From NCBI RefSeq assembly GCF_009914755.1, contig NC_060942.1: a stretch of 64,000 nt of DNA; one strand, given 5' to 3'. The notes under the pieces are model-generated. The model did not search any database, was not told the origin of the DNA, and saw only the letters and a program-made list of their open reading frames with translations. The position numbers and the translations under genes were made by a program. Shown one piece after another: positions 39,060 through 52,939 of this stretch (position 1 is its first letter; each line of letters begins with the position of its first letter). Source of the DNA: the human T2T-CHM13v2.0 reference genome, Homo sapiens.

Positions 39060-39770
39060 AATCTTTTATTCTGAAATTTTTTTCTGCAATATTTTGAAGA
39101 AAATTCTAGATATCATATCATGTTGTCTGAATTTACTTCAGTATATAACACTGTCACAGCATTACACATCCTAAAAAATTAACACTAATTCCTTAATATT
39201 TAACCCAATTCTCTCTAATATATCCTTCTACAGTAGGTTGGCTTGAATCAGGATTCAAACAAGACTCATCGATTGCATTTGGTTGGTGCATCTATTAAGA
39301 TTCTCTCAGTCTATAACAATTCCCTCTTCCCCATCCCCTTTTCCCCCTGAACATCAGTCATGTTAGAGAAAGAAATAAGGTTACTGGTCCTGGGAAGCTC
39401 CCCACTGGTCTGAACTTGGTGATGGCCTTCCACAAGTCCTTGGCTCAGGTAGAAATTGGTAGTTAGAGCTATCACTTTATCAGCATTAGCTTCAGCCTCA
39501 TGGCAAGAAAACATTATGGTCGGTGCAGTGTCCTCCCTTTCACATGGCAGCTGGCTGTCCCACTTGTAGCAAAGCATAAATTGATTTGGGGGTTTGGATG
39601 GCGGGAGGCACATCTTTTTGAGCAACTAGGTCTTCCCAGTGTCTCCAAAGTTATATTATATTCTAGAATTTGGTTCTAAATACATCTATAACCCAGGATT
39701 TGCTAATTTTCTAGGATTTCATGGAAGATGCTCTCCTACCATTCAGTTCCAAAATTCTATCAGTTTACCC
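39060..39770 (-). mobile_element. Old L1M (L1MC5/ME-like) fragments
   Basis: aattctagatatcatatcat..tacttcagtata..aaaattaacactaattccttaatat..ttgaatcaggattcaaaca..attgcatttggttg. Confidence 0.55.
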
Positions 39771-42459
39771 TTTCCTAGTCTGTTTTTTGGTGACCTTTTA
39801 CCTCTCCTTTGCTTTTTTTTTTTTTTTTTTTTTTAAGAAAAGCCATTTTCCAATTACCAGGCAAGCCAGGGACCTCGTATTCCCTCCAGGCCAGCCCCTA
39901 CCAGTGACTCCATGGGCTTAGCTAAAGTCCCAGGGTCTCAACAGTCCATGGCTTCCTCCCCTCATCTCTTACAAGACAAGTCAGAATCTCAAGGAGAGCA
40001 ACAACACATAGTCGAACATGATAAATATGCATCCCAAATTTTTAAAAACCAAATTACACAAATCAAGCTTATTCTGAGAGGTTTGTTTTACCAGGGGTCT
40101 CTAGTGCTCCAATCAGCATAATTAAATAGTAAGATCTCTCTAGAATTGATTGTGGTTTTCACTTTTTTTTTCATCCAAGGACCATTTCAGCAAGATGATT
40201 TTAAGCTAATAAGAACCCCCAAATTAGAAACTAATTAAGGAGATGGAAAATACAAATGTATTTGTTTTTAGTCGGGTACTATTTTTATCAGAAGAATCAT
40301 GAAAAATTAAAATTGTTAAATACTCATATGAAGGTTGTCAGTCAAGGGCAATGTAGCTTTCTTCCTCTCCCTGCTGCAAAACTTAAGGTGATATAGCAGA
40401 AGCTGTTCCCCCTGGGCTCCCAGGAAGCAATAAAGATACTAATTTTAAAGAAACAGAATTTATACACTGCCAGACTCGGTGAGGAAAGAGTGTTGCCATA
40501 ATTCTCTCAAATCTTTAGCAAGTAAGATCCACAGCACCTTTTACTTTTAGAGCGCATGTACACCTGGAAACAGGATTAAATCATTGCAGTACAGACTCTC
40601 ATGCCCATTTAATAGAGGAGAACATTAAGGTCTGGGGAACTTAAAAGAACTGCACTGGGTCACATAGCAAACTAAGAAAAAGCCAGGTCAATAACCTTAT
40701 CCAAATGTGCTTGAGTTTGTGACACCCCCCTCTGCATTGTCCTCCAAATGTGCCATAGATCATCTTTTGAAATAGATGTTAAGTCACAGTGACACTGGTT
40801 TGAAGGACTCTTTTAGGATTCGTGACAGCCTTGAGAGCTTGGGGCCCAGGAGAGCCAGCAGGAAGCAGCAGCCAGCTGCTAAAGGGGGCGGGGGCTCTCC
40901 AGTCTAGAGAGGCAGGCAGCAACACGAGTGACCCAAATACCACTGCAGCGAGCATCAAAGGCCCATTAACCCAACCACACACAGTCAAATGTGGACCCAA
41001 CCTTGAAAACACTGTCTCAATGCCCAGGACCAGAGAATTTCCATTTATCCTGCAGACTTTGCCCTGATTCCAGTGCAGCTTAAGCCCAGTTACTTTTCAT
41101 GTCACCCACCTGCACCTCCTGATCCTACTTCCTCCACGCCAGGCCCAGAGGACATGGGATTTGCCTGGAGCCCCCATTCCCTATCACAGAATCCTCACCA
41201 GACCCAAGCCAGGGAGGCAAGGAGGACCTACAGGACTTACTTAGATCCATGGCATGCTCCCAAGTCCCAGGAAGGATGGATTATGAGCTTTCACAATAAT
41301 CTAGGTGGATTCCAAACTCAGGAGGATTGGCTAGAGACCCCCCACACACAACAGGCTGAGGGAAAGTAAAGATGTCAGGGAAACCTACTGCTGCCACCAA
41401 CACCCAGATCCTTCCCCTCTCCCAAAGGAGAACAGGAGGCAAGGGGTTAATTCAGAGGCACTCACCCCGGGGGATAGAGCACCTAGGGGGAGCACCTCAT
41501 GGGAACACCTAGTTGAGTCCTATGGCAGCACCATCTGCCATGAGATGCCAAGAGAAGGGGCATCTTTTAAATCAAATCTGCAGCCTCAAACCCAGCTCCC
41601 AGACCCGAAAACACCCCCAGGTAGGGAACTAAGAGTCTCAATAACATTTGATAACTCTATAAAGGACCTTCACATACACTATCTCATTTGAGGCTCTGAA
41701 AAAACCCAGAAGGCAGGCGCTATTTAACTCATTCTTCAGATGGGGCTGGGCATAGGGCAGTGGCCAGAGCTGCCATTCACAGGACAATAAAATGTGTACT
41801 CCCTCCAGTCCCAAAAAGAACAGCCATATTTCGTGACAATAAGATCTGAACTCCCTACCCTAAGGGGAAGTTATTTGAATTTTTCTTTCTGGGAAAAGCA
41901 AGGGGACATGGTAAGGTAGGAACAGGCCTTTGTTTCAAAGACTGAGGCTGGGAGGCAGGAGACAGAGGGATGAAGGACATGGAGCTTTTAGAGAAGGATC
42001 CCTGGGTTGGATCCCAAGAGAGGTGGGATGACTTGGGACCTGGAGTGGCTGGCAACCCTCACTCCACTGGAGTGCAGTGCCTCGGTGCTGTCGGCCCCCT
42101 AGAGATGGTGGCCTGGGCACTCTAGCTTCCCCTGTGGCAGAGCTGGCATAGATAGAGCACCAGCTGGCTGCAGGGGGCTGCCTCCTCCAGCTGACCACAC
42201 AGGTCTGGATAAAGGGGCACCACAGGCAGCTGTCACCACCAGGGGCTAAGGCCCAGGCCTCACCCCTCCTTATTTGTGCTGGCCTGCAAAGTGGCCCGGT
42301 TCTCATGCAAAGGGAGAGTGGAGACAGAACTACAGAAATGCCAGTTAGGAAACTTTCTGCCAAACTTAGCCAATAGGAAAACCCAAATTTGTTTTTATTT
42401 GATTTAGGAAAATAAGAAGAATTACTTCTTGAAATTGATCGTCACGGGGCAATTATTCA

Positions 42460-42630
42460 TTATTTTATTTAGTCCTCATAGTTACCTAGCAAGATAGAAT
42501 TTATTAGTTCCAATTTCAGGGAAGCTTCTGAGGCTCAGAGACCTTCAGGAACCGCCTGAAGGTCCTAGACCCAGCAAGCGGCAGAGTCCTGAATCCAGTT
42601 GCTGAGACCTGGAGTCAGGGCTGGTTCCAG
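42460..42630 (-). mobile_element. MIR
   Basis: ttttatttagtcctcata..ctgaggctcagaga..aaggtc..caagcggcagag. Confidence 0.55.
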
Positions 42631-42793
42631 AGAACATAAGTCACCATCTAGAATAAGTGATTCAAGATATCTCTTATTATTCAAGAGAATGTCCCCAGGG
42701 ATTCGTTATAGACATTTCATAGTAAATCCTGATGTCTAGTCAGGATACCCCTGGCCCCTGGGTGCTCCTTGGCAAGATATTCTAGAGTCTAGA

Positions 42794-43075
42794 TTGGTGC
42801 TATCCAACACAGTTGCCACTAGCCAACTTGAAATGTGGTTGGTCCAAACTGAGACGGTGCTACAAGTACAGAATACACTGTAGACTTCAAACACTTTGTA
42901 TGAAAAGAATGTAAAATATCTCATTCATAATTTTTATGCTAATTACATGTTAAAATAATATGTTAGACCTACTGAGTGAAATGAAATATATCATTAAAAT
43001 TAATTTCACTTGCTTATTGTTACTTTTTTAAATGCTGCTACTACCACATTTAAAATGACACACGTGGCTTGCATC
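42794..43075 (-). mobile_element. MER33 hAT-Charlie MITE
   Basis: gtgctatccaa..agttgccactagcca.cttgaaatgtgg..aaagaatgtaaaatatctcatt..attaaaattaatttcac..tttttaaatg..gctacta..catttaaaat.acaca.gtggct. Confidence 0.88.
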
Positions 43076-43496
43076 TGAAGCCCGCCCCAGTGGCTATTGG
43101 GCCACCTCACTCCAGGTCACAAGTCTTGCCTTGGCTTCTTGCACACCCCTCCCCTTGAGTTGGAAGACAAGGAGTCAAGACTCTCCAAGCATTCGGAGAA
43201 TGTCCTCTTTTCTCAACACTTCTCTAAATTCCTGGACCCACCCCTCCTGCCTCCAGTCTTTCTGTGTGCCCAGCAACTGCCAAAGCACTTAAATGCAGTC
43301 ACCATTTCCGAGTGGTAGGGTCCACCTAAAACCACATTTTCTGTGGCCAGAGAAATTCTGATAACCAGTTTTCAAAGCCCAGGCCCCCAACCCTGTTAGC
43401 AGTCAGAATCCCTGGAAGTTAGAAGGCACTTCTCCCAGCCTTCCTGGCTCTCACCCCCCACCAGACTGTGAGCTTCTCCAAAAGCAGAATCACGGA

Positions 43497-43640
43497 AACA
43501 AGCTACATGTACCGATCACTTATTATGGTGCCAGCTGCTGTCCTAAGTGTGTTACATGTTTTATTTTATTTCATTCTCCCCACTAGTCTATGAGTGAGAT
43601 AGTATCGTCCCTGTTTTTGAAGATAGAAGCTTGAAGCCTC
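43497..43640 (-). mobile_element. MIR nested within an L2 3' end (L2 pieces at about 43455-43495 and 43690-43760)
   Basis: aacagctacat..cactt..gtgccag.tgctgtcctaagtg..ttacatg; flanked by ccaccagactgtgagctt and gcacagtgctcggtgcaca..tcagtaaacatt. Confidence 0.6.
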
Positions 43641-46047
43641 CAGAGGCCTGACCAGGCTCCACACTCCCTCCCGTGGAAGCAAACTGCAGCTCATTCTCTG
43701 CATTTCCGGCAGTGAGCACAGTGCTCGGTGCACAACAGGTAATCAGTAAACATTAGTAACATAGGAGAAGAGCGCTTGACAGACCCAGTCCCTGGCTCTT
43801 TCTGGTCTTCATCAGGAGGCATGTTGCCCGTTAGCCTCCTGAGACTACAAACTTGAAAGTCCTCACCCACCTACCTCCAGGATTGGATATTTTCTGCCCC
43901 TACCCAGTCCCCCAGGATGCTCCCCAGCTTCAGCCCTGCCCAGGTCCCCAGCCAAGTCCAAGAAGTACAGACCACTTGCCCCACTGAGAGGTGGGGTCTG
44001 GGGATAGCCTAGGGCCAGTACATACAGGTCATATTTAAGCCAGCTCCCTAGCTCAGCCCCTCCAGTCATAGCCAGTCCCTGACTACCCCTTGCCAGAGAC
44101 CCTGGAGCTCAATTCTTTCTCCATTTCCTTATATAGACAGGAGTCCAGTTCCGAGCCCACCTAGCACCTTTGGTTGATCCACTTCCTAGAGCTGGGCTCA
44201 GCTTTCTAGATTCCTTCTTCAACTTATCCTTTCTGCCTAATTTAGAACAAGGCCACCCAGAAGTCCTAATGTTCTGCTCCTCCCCATCCCTTGGCTCTGA
44301 CCCTGGGGACCCTGACACTGGCCTGTACTGAAAAGGAATTTACCACACCCTCTTGGGCCTCCTGCCCCAGGCCACTGGCCCTTCTCCCCTTGCCTTGGTC
44401 AGTTTCCCAAGGCCCCAAGCTATTTTTGCCTCCACCCCAGCCTACCATTTTCCCCACGGTGGAAGTTGCCAGGGTGGTACCTCATATGACGCACACAGCA
44501 AAGACCAGAAAATCCATGGGAACAGGCTGTGCCATTGGATCAGAACCCACCTTTGGGGTCTCCAGCCTACTGGCTGGCCCCTGTCCTTCTAGTCTCAAGG
44601 CCTTGCCTTCTAGGCCCTAGAGACTTGCTTGATGCTTCCAGGCTTGGCTGACTTCCCTGAATCAACTGCTAGACCCAAGGTATCTGACAGGCCCCTACTG
44701 TCCTCTCCAGACCCCTACTCATTACCTCATCCACCTTTGATCATCTGCTAATTGCCTGGGCATTCTTGAAAGAATGGCAAGACAAAAAGCCTTCTGTTTT
44801 TAACAAGCAGGACTCATCCATCACCACACCTGTCATTTGACATATCTGAACCAGACCTAAAGGCTTCCCAACCACTGAGGTCTCCAGGTCTATTCCTCAC
44901 ACATCATGGACACGATGAAAGAGCTTCTTCACTTCTCGCTCCCTCTGTTTCTCCACTGGCATGAACTCCCTGTTTCCCACAGAAGCTGATGGGGAATAAT
45001 GACTTCTTGATTTGTTACTCTGAGCTCCTCAAATACGACATGCTATGTCCATAAAGGCATCAGGCCTTCCCATAAGGCATAGGAAGTGAACCCATCTAAT
45101 GCTAAATCTTCCAGTGCTTGGCTCCAGCAAGCACATGGGGCAGAAACTAATAACTATAAAGCATCCATCTATCATCTTATCAGGCCTTAGTGTGCTTTGT
45201 TTGCATAGTTATCTTCCCACAGGTTGACATTTTATGCTTACTGCAAGCTGATATATTCTCCTACCTGCCATATCATTCATAAAGGATAGACAAGCCTCAG
45301 GTTCATTACCTGTCATTACACCATGTACATGTCACCAGGGGCCAAAGCATTGATTCTTCTTGGATCTCCCCAGCAGTGCAGCCCCAAACGCCCAGGCTCC
45401 AGGTCTAATGGGCGTGGATTCTGCTCATGCCTCAGGCCCTGGGTGGACTCCACGCCATCACTTCTTGCTCTTGTGGCTGACCCACTCCTCAGGGTTGGAC
45501 AGAGCTTCTGAGCTCCCAGCTGCTCAGAGGGGATCTGCAGGAAGAACAGAGGGCTCCATCACCCACCAGGGCCAGAAACACATGTCCAGGTTTTAGCTGT
45601 TCTCGAAAATTCTAGCCATCCTTCTCTTTCTCTTTATTATTAGGGCCTGCAATTCTTCATGACTATACCAACTCGATCTCATCCAGGGTTTTCACTGACA
45701 GTGTCCTGCCCACCAACCCAGGCCCAGGCCTCAACACACACACACACACCGCACACACATGCACACACACGCCCTTCATTCCTTTCTTACCTCAGCATAT
45801 TTCATTTCATCTGCCTGAAAGACTCACCTTCTAATCCTGCATCCAAACCCTAGCCATCGTTCAGAGTTTAGCCCAGACTGACCAACAGAACCTCACGCTG
45901 TTCCATCACCCCAGGAAAGAGAAAGGAAATGCATGTTCTCGCATGTGAGATGTATATAGAAGTGCAAGGACACGTTTATGTGGAACATTCCTTAACTCTT
46001 CTATCCCAGATCTCCCAAGCAAGGCTTCTGGTGTTCTGTAGTTTGTT

Positions 46048-46060
46048 GGGGGGGGGGGGG
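46048..46060. repeat. Poly-G run (G13)
   Basis: ttgtt-ggggggggggggg-tcc. Confidence 0.9.
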
Positions 46061-49000
46061 TCCAGGTAGGACACCCCACCTATGGCTGATGATGAACATC
46101 TTTTCATAGTTCGTCATCTCAGAGTGAGAGACAAAAGTGGAAACACAAACCTTGCTGAGATGAGGAACAGAGACACCGGCTCCACAGAGCCATCACATTT
46201 CATAGCCAAGATTGTGCCTTATGCTGTGTCAGGAGGGGCCAAAGTCCTTCTGGCTGAAGCAGCCTGCCCCAGCCTGGAGGTCTGCCCATCTCCGGACAAG
46301 TCCAAGGTGGCTACAGCCCTGCATCTCTGAGCAGGCACAGCCCCCATCTCTTGGGGGTGAAAGGAGTAGGCTCCTGGGGTACCCACCTGGCTGTGACTCT
46401 CAGCTCCACCCCAACCATGGGCTCCTCCAGGCCTCAGTGGGCCATTGCTGAGAAGAGACCGTGGCAGACGAAGAACATCCATCGGGACACCCAGCATTGC
46501 AGACAAGGGGAAGCCCCAGAGATAGGAGTGAGAGTGGCAAAAGAAGGAAGGGACACATATATAATGATTAGACTCTCTTCAAGCTGCTTTTGCATCCATT
46601 GGGGATCCATTTAGTTTCTCAGTAGCTCTGTGGAGGGGTGTTTGAAAGACTAGGAAACAGATGCACAGAGAGGTTGAGAAGCTTGCTAAAGATCACACAG
46701 TAAGTAAATGAAACAGCCAATTATCATTCTTTCCAGCAAGCTCCCTGGCCCTAGGTTAATTTCATCTTCCTTCCAAGTCACCTCAGGGGTGGGGGATGAG
46801 TGGGAATGGGAAGGAGGAGGGGGACATTGGCCTGTTTGCCCTGCTATGGGGGGATGGGGAGAAGAGGAGAACAATCATGCCTTTGGATTCTTCCCTCATA
46901 GGAGGGTCGAAGAGGAGAAAGCACAGAGATAACAGAGTGATAAATAAGAAAGACAAGAATGTGGAGGCTCCTAGTTAACAGGAGCGGCTCAGGCACAAAG
47001 AAATTGGCCGCGATAAACAGCCACTGCTTTGGGAGAGGCTAGGCTGACCTTGAGCCTCCCAGCAACTTGGCCCTCTACAGCTCACACTCCAAGTCACTTC
47101 TCTGCAAAGCAACAGAGGTTAGAAGCCCCTTCGAAAGAGCAAAACAACTATTATTATCTCCAAAAGGCACATATACATTTCATATACTCTATGTGTGGAA
47201 TATATTCTTAAATAATAAAAATGAAAACAACTCATAGAAGTCTGCCCATTTGACGAAAGATCTCAGTTGCTCCTGGACAATGGGATTCTCTGCTTGATTC
47301 CAAAGCAGCTCTTCTCATGACATAGAGAAACTCACAACCTAGGACATTCCTACTTAGCAAGGAAAGGCAGGGCCAACCTCCTTCTGGAACAAGTAACATA
47401 GGCCAAAGGCCAGGAAACCCAGGGTAGGTAGCAGATCCATAGAGTTTGGCAGGAAAATAACTTCAAACCTTAATGGCAGCCATGTAGCTCAGTGCAGCCC
47501 TAAGTGCCCACCTCTAGTCAACAGAAGACTAGATCTCCAGACTTCAGGCTCAGGGAAGAACAGAAAATCTGCCCCTGGCATCATCGCTCTTTGTCCCAGG
47601 CTGTCCATGGATCCTTGTTCAGCCTTGGGACTTTCAGTGAGCCCTGCTATGTGCAGAAGATGCCATGGGGGAAGGAGAAGAAACTACACTCTTAAGAAGC
47701 CAGTCACCATCCCACCCCGACTGGCTGCAGGTCACCTGGCAGCTGTGGCCCCAGAGGCAAACAGCTACAGCACATTCATTTTTGTTGGCGTGGGGAGGGT
47801 GAGGATAGGAGCTCTTCCAAGCTCTCCTGCAAGTTGGGGTTGAAACATATTCACAGCAGATGGTGCTGTCGCCCTCACTCCGGGATTCTCATTCCTAATT
47901 ATCTGTGCTGTCAGCAAAACAATTAACCCTCAAAGAAAAACTGCACCGTCCACTCCCAACCATATGAAAAGGCAATTTTTTCCAAGGACAAGGGACACTT
48001 AGGGCAGCCTTGCACTTGGTTCTGGATCTCACCACCCTGGGTGATCTCGCCATTCTTTGACCTCTGCACTCTGTCACAGGCATTGCGGCAGCCCCCCTCC
48101 TCTGAGCCTGCGGTTCCTTTCTCATAAAAGAAGGAGGTGAGTCTGTTCCCAAGGGCCCCCTTCAGTACCACAGTGCCACCACTCTACAAGCCATTTCTTT
48201 TCATCTGAATTTTCAGTTCCTTTGGAGCTGGAACTGAGTTTCTGTTTGTTTCCTCATTCGTTTGCTCACTTGTTTATTTACCCCTCCATCCATCCATTCT
48301 GTGATTTTGGATTTATCATGTTGTTCCCAGGAGATACAAAGACAATATCTGTTCAGCCTTCTTGACTACTTCTTGGAGCTCTTTTCCCCCGGAGATGTGG
48401 GCAGAGGAAGGAAGGATAGGATAAGGAGAGGTGGAACTGCCAGGGGCCTGAGGATGTAGCCCTGGCTCGGTCTCAGGCTGTAGGAGGCAAGGCCTGTGGC
48501 TGCATTTGGATTCTCTCTGAAGATTTAGCTGCAGAAAAGCAGCCTCCTCTCCAGGGAGCTGAATTTAGTGAGGAAGCCACTTCAGTCCCCAGGGAAGACC
48601 TGCAGAGGTGTGATCTGAGGAGAGCGGACAGGCTCCCACCCCATCACCCATCAGCGAGATAGGTCTTATTCGCCACTGTAGGGCTGGTGACAGCACAGGG
48701 CCTGCCCTTGGTAGGTGCTCATTAAACATCTGAGGCATGAGTGAATGACTCTCCTTAAAGGAGCTGTTGTAAAAGAAAGGAGAGTTTTCACAGGGCTACA
48801 GCATGCCGCTTGTTACCTTAGAGGCCTACTATTCAAAGCCGGGATCAGTTGGTCTAATTCACCCATCATCATGCACTGCCATGGAAAAGAACACAAAATG
48901 AGCAAGAAACTGTGGAATGATTCACTGTCAATGCTGAAAGAGCCCTCAGAGATGGTGACATCCAGGGCCACATTTTACAAGTGTGATCTGGAGATGTTGA

Positions 49001-50194
49001 GGGGGAGATGGAGAGAAACCCTGCCGTTGGTGGGGGGCCTCCCTCCAAGGCCTCACTCTCGTTCCACAGACTGGGGAATGCATGATGTAGAAAGGAAAAG
49101 AAAGGTCCATCAGGGCCATTGTGGGGCTCAGGCAGGGACAGTGCCCTGGGCACCCAGGAAAGAGGTGCAGAAACTGGATAGGGGCTGGTGGGATCAGGGA
49201 GCTGGGACCCCTCCCCCGACATCATATTTCCCAGTCTAAGCCTTGTGACATCTTTCTTCCCTCTCCCAACTGTCTACCAGAGCTTGCCCCCTCCCAGTGC
49301 CCAGGAGCACAGGTTCCCATGCCAGCTCATCTGCATAAAGGGATTGTGTTTATATTCAAAGTGGGCTGCTGCCCACTCAGAAGCTGCCCACTCAAAGGCA
49401 GCACATGTGACTGCACCCCCTGCCCAGAGCCCAAGTGGGACTGATGCCAACGTCTGGCTGGAGACATTTCTAAATATGAGCTTGGCACAAAGAGTCAGGT
49501 TCCCAGGCCTTCTCTGCCACAGGAGACCCAGCCAGGATTTTCAAGGCTGCCAGGAGGGACAGGGCTGGGGGCAGGCAGGATCGGGAGGCAGCCAGCTGAG
49601 ACGGCCATCGTCCCCAGAAACATCGCCCGAACCCCTCCCTGGCCCTCCAGCCTTGTTAGGGGAAGAGAAAGGATTACCCTGCACCTAGAGAGTGTAATCA
49701 ATTCCCCACAACCCTCGGCAGGAGGGACGGGAAAGCCACTGCCTGCTCAAATGTGTATGGATTAAAAATATACAAATGGAATATTTTTTTCTTCCCCTCT
49801 CCTCAACCCCCTGAAGCCTAGGATGCTTGTTAAAAATAGCCTTGCTGTGGCATGGATCCTACACAACCCAACGGCTGGCAGAAAAATTAAGGAGCCACTG
49901 GAGACAGCGCTGTTAAGTGGCTACCCCTGGGGAGTGGAATGGGGAGGGCCAGGAGGGAGGGAGGTGCTTTCAAGTGTTGCCGGACACACTTCTACATTGC
50001 CTGGATTTTTAACAACAAGCAGATATAAAATAAGTTCATTGTTTTTTACTGGAGTTTCATCCTTTGCATCCTCCAGCCTACGTTTAAGGCTGAATTCATA
50101 CTTAGTGACCCGACAGTACCTGCTGGCTGGCCTGGCAGTGCTCCAAGGAGACCCAGGACGCTCAGGCCACCCGGTACAAACACAGCCCAGCATC

Positions 50195-50430
50195 AAGAAA
50201 ACAGCACTGAATCAGTCAGTCTTGGATCTGTAACCAGCTGGCTGTGCGACCTTAGGTAAGTTGCTTGAGCTCTCTGGGCCTCAGTTTCCTTAACTGTAAA
50301 ATGATGCGGTTAGATTAAATGTTAAGCCAGGTACCTTCTACTACTAGAAGGTATTAGATCTAACTGCATCATTTTACAGTACCTTCTAGCACCCTCTAGA
50401 AGGTATTCTAGTCCTAGCATTTCCTAATTT
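50195..50430 (+). mobile_element. MIR/MIR3 with an internal fold-back insertion
   Basis: ggctgtgcgaccttaggtaagttgctt..ctctctgggcctcagtttcct..ctgtaaaatg..ttagattaaatg..ggtaccttcta. Confidence 0.75.
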
Positions 50431-50664
50431 TAAGGATTGAGGAAAAACATCTAAGATTTGCCCTGTGTTTGTCCCCACCATGAACAGTGAGAGGAATTTG
50501 TCCCTGGGCAAATTCCTGCCTCATCTATAACATAGAGTAATAATACCCACACCCAAAGGCTGTTGTAAATATTAAATGCAATAAAATAAAAAAGTACTTG
50601 CTCATTGTAGGAACTTAACATCCTTCTATTCCTTTCTTCCTCCTATATTTAGCCCACACTCTGG

Positions 50665-50805
50665 AGGCCGCATTGCTGGCTGGTTAAGAAATGTGGGCTC
50701 TGGAATCAGGTTTGTATCCCAGCTCCACCACCTATCAGCTGTGTGACCTTGGGTAAGCAACTTAATTTCTCTGTGCCCTGGCTTCTTCATCTATGAAACA
50801 GGAGT
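50665..50805 (+). mobile_element. MIR
   Basis: tggttaaga..tgggctctggaatcag..atcccagctccacca..agctgtgtgaccttgggtaag..cttaa.ttctctgtgcc..cttcttcatctatgaaa. Confidence 0.82.
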
Positions 50806-50951
50806 GGGTCGGGAGTGGTGGATGTGCTGCCCACGCCCACACTCCTTCCCCTAATAGCCTGTTGGGCTCCCAGTTTTCAATCTGCATCATCTGCGGATCT
50901 GGATTTTGGAACTTCCTTAACAGGCCCCCTCCTCTCTCCCAACCTCTCTAA

Positions 50952-51420
<469 letters not shown>

Positions 51421-51438
51421 GGGAAGTGTGTTTTAAAT

Positions 51439-51600
51439 CAGTGCTTGTCAAACTTCTACGTGCTTATGAATCACCTGGGATCTTGTCACAATGCAGGTGC
51501 TGTTCAGTAGGTCCCAGGTGGAGTCAAGATCCTGCATTGCTAACAAGCTCCCAGGGGATGCCCATGCCACTGGTCTGGGATCACCTTCTGATTAGCCAGG
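51439..51600 (-). mobile_element. MER5A/MER5A1 MITE
   Basis: cagtgcttgtcaaactt..gaatcacctggga.cttgt..aatgcag..ttcagtaggtc..ctgcatt.ctaacaagctcccagg.gatgc. Confidence 0.8.
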
Positions 51601-52709
51601 CTGCAGAGTGGAGGACGTCCTGGCACGTGTATGGTGAGGGGAAGGGGAAAGGGGGAAAAAAAGGGAGACAGGGACAAGGCCAGCCAGTTATCCAAAACAG
51701 AGAAGGAGTAGAATTTAGACAAAGATGGTATAATGGAGATCAAGTGTGGATTCAAGAGACAAAGAGGAAAAGTAGGAGAACGCTTTATGAAATTATGACA
51801 TTAGCCAACCAATAAAAATAATGCTTATTGAGATAATGCAGCAACACAGAAGAATGCTTATAGCATATTAACTCAAAAAGCAGACTACCAATTATATGGA
51901 TACTATGTCTTCAACGCCGCCAAATGCAGGTTTAGGAAAGCTGATAAGTCATGAGGACCATGAAGGTTGTGCTGTGGTAATGTAACGACATGTGTTTTTA
52001 TTTATTTGTCATTCTCTGGATTTTCTGGAAGAAGTTGTGTCATTTTTGTAATTTAAAATTTATCTTCTATATACTCTCTGATGTCCACTCCTCAAAATCA
52101 CCAGTTATTCTTTGTTATGGAGGTTTTCTGTATTTTAAGCACAAACTGCCATTGTTGCAAAGGCTGCAAAATGGTGCATTAAATCTTCTCAGTCAAACCC
52201 AAAAATAAAGCAACCCAGATTCTGTTTTTCCTCTAAGCCAAGGGTCCAGCGCTTTGGAAGGCTGGTGCTATCACCTCTCACTATAGCAACAGGAAGACCT
52301 TGGTAACCCCGAGCTTACAGTTATTAAGGGTAAAAATAGGAAGTCTGTGGATAGCTGTTCAGTAAGAAGCTGCAGTAGGTGTGCACTGGACAGGCTGGGT
52401 TTGGAGCCCTTTCTTGCAGGAAATAGAAAGCAAAAATCAGACTCCAGGAGCTGGTTCCTGCAGGATTACTAGGAGTGCTTGGCATTTTCTTCTTTGTTTC
52501 CTATTTCAGGGCTATCAGCTACCTTTCAAACTGGTTTCTGACATGCGTAGAGGTGGACTCTTCTAGAACAGCAGCCTCAGAATTCACTTAGGAATTGGGC
52601 ATGTTCACCCGACTCCCAAATGCCCAACCCCCAAGGTGCCCTGCGCACTTCTGTTGTGCTTTCCTGGCATACCAGCACCGCCCCCCACACCCCCAGACCT
52701 CCATCCCAC

Positions 52710-52793
52710 TCTGTCTCTTCAGCATGCTCCTGGGCGGGTATTTCAGGAGTATATTTCTGTCTCTTCAGCATGCTCCTTGGCAGGTATTTCAGG
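52710..52793 (+). repeat. 38-bp direct duplication with an 8-bp spacer
   Basis: tctgtctcttcagcatgctcctgggcgggtatttcagg + agtatatt + tctgtctcttcagcatgctccttggcaggtatttcagg (36/38 identical). Confidence 0.92.
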
Positions 52794-52939
52794 TCCCCCA
52801 GTGTCCCAACAAGGCCTTGGCTCCGACCTCTGGGAGGCTGGAGAGGGTCCCAGCCCCAGTCTGGCTGATCCTGCCTGAGGTGCAGTGTCTGGCCCCAGCC
52901 CTGCTGCCCAGTTCCTGGATCCATTTTGCACTCTGGCAA

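Noticed and set aside
46048-46060. G13 run as a functional G-quadruplex
   Set aside because: A simple homopolymer with no supporting context.
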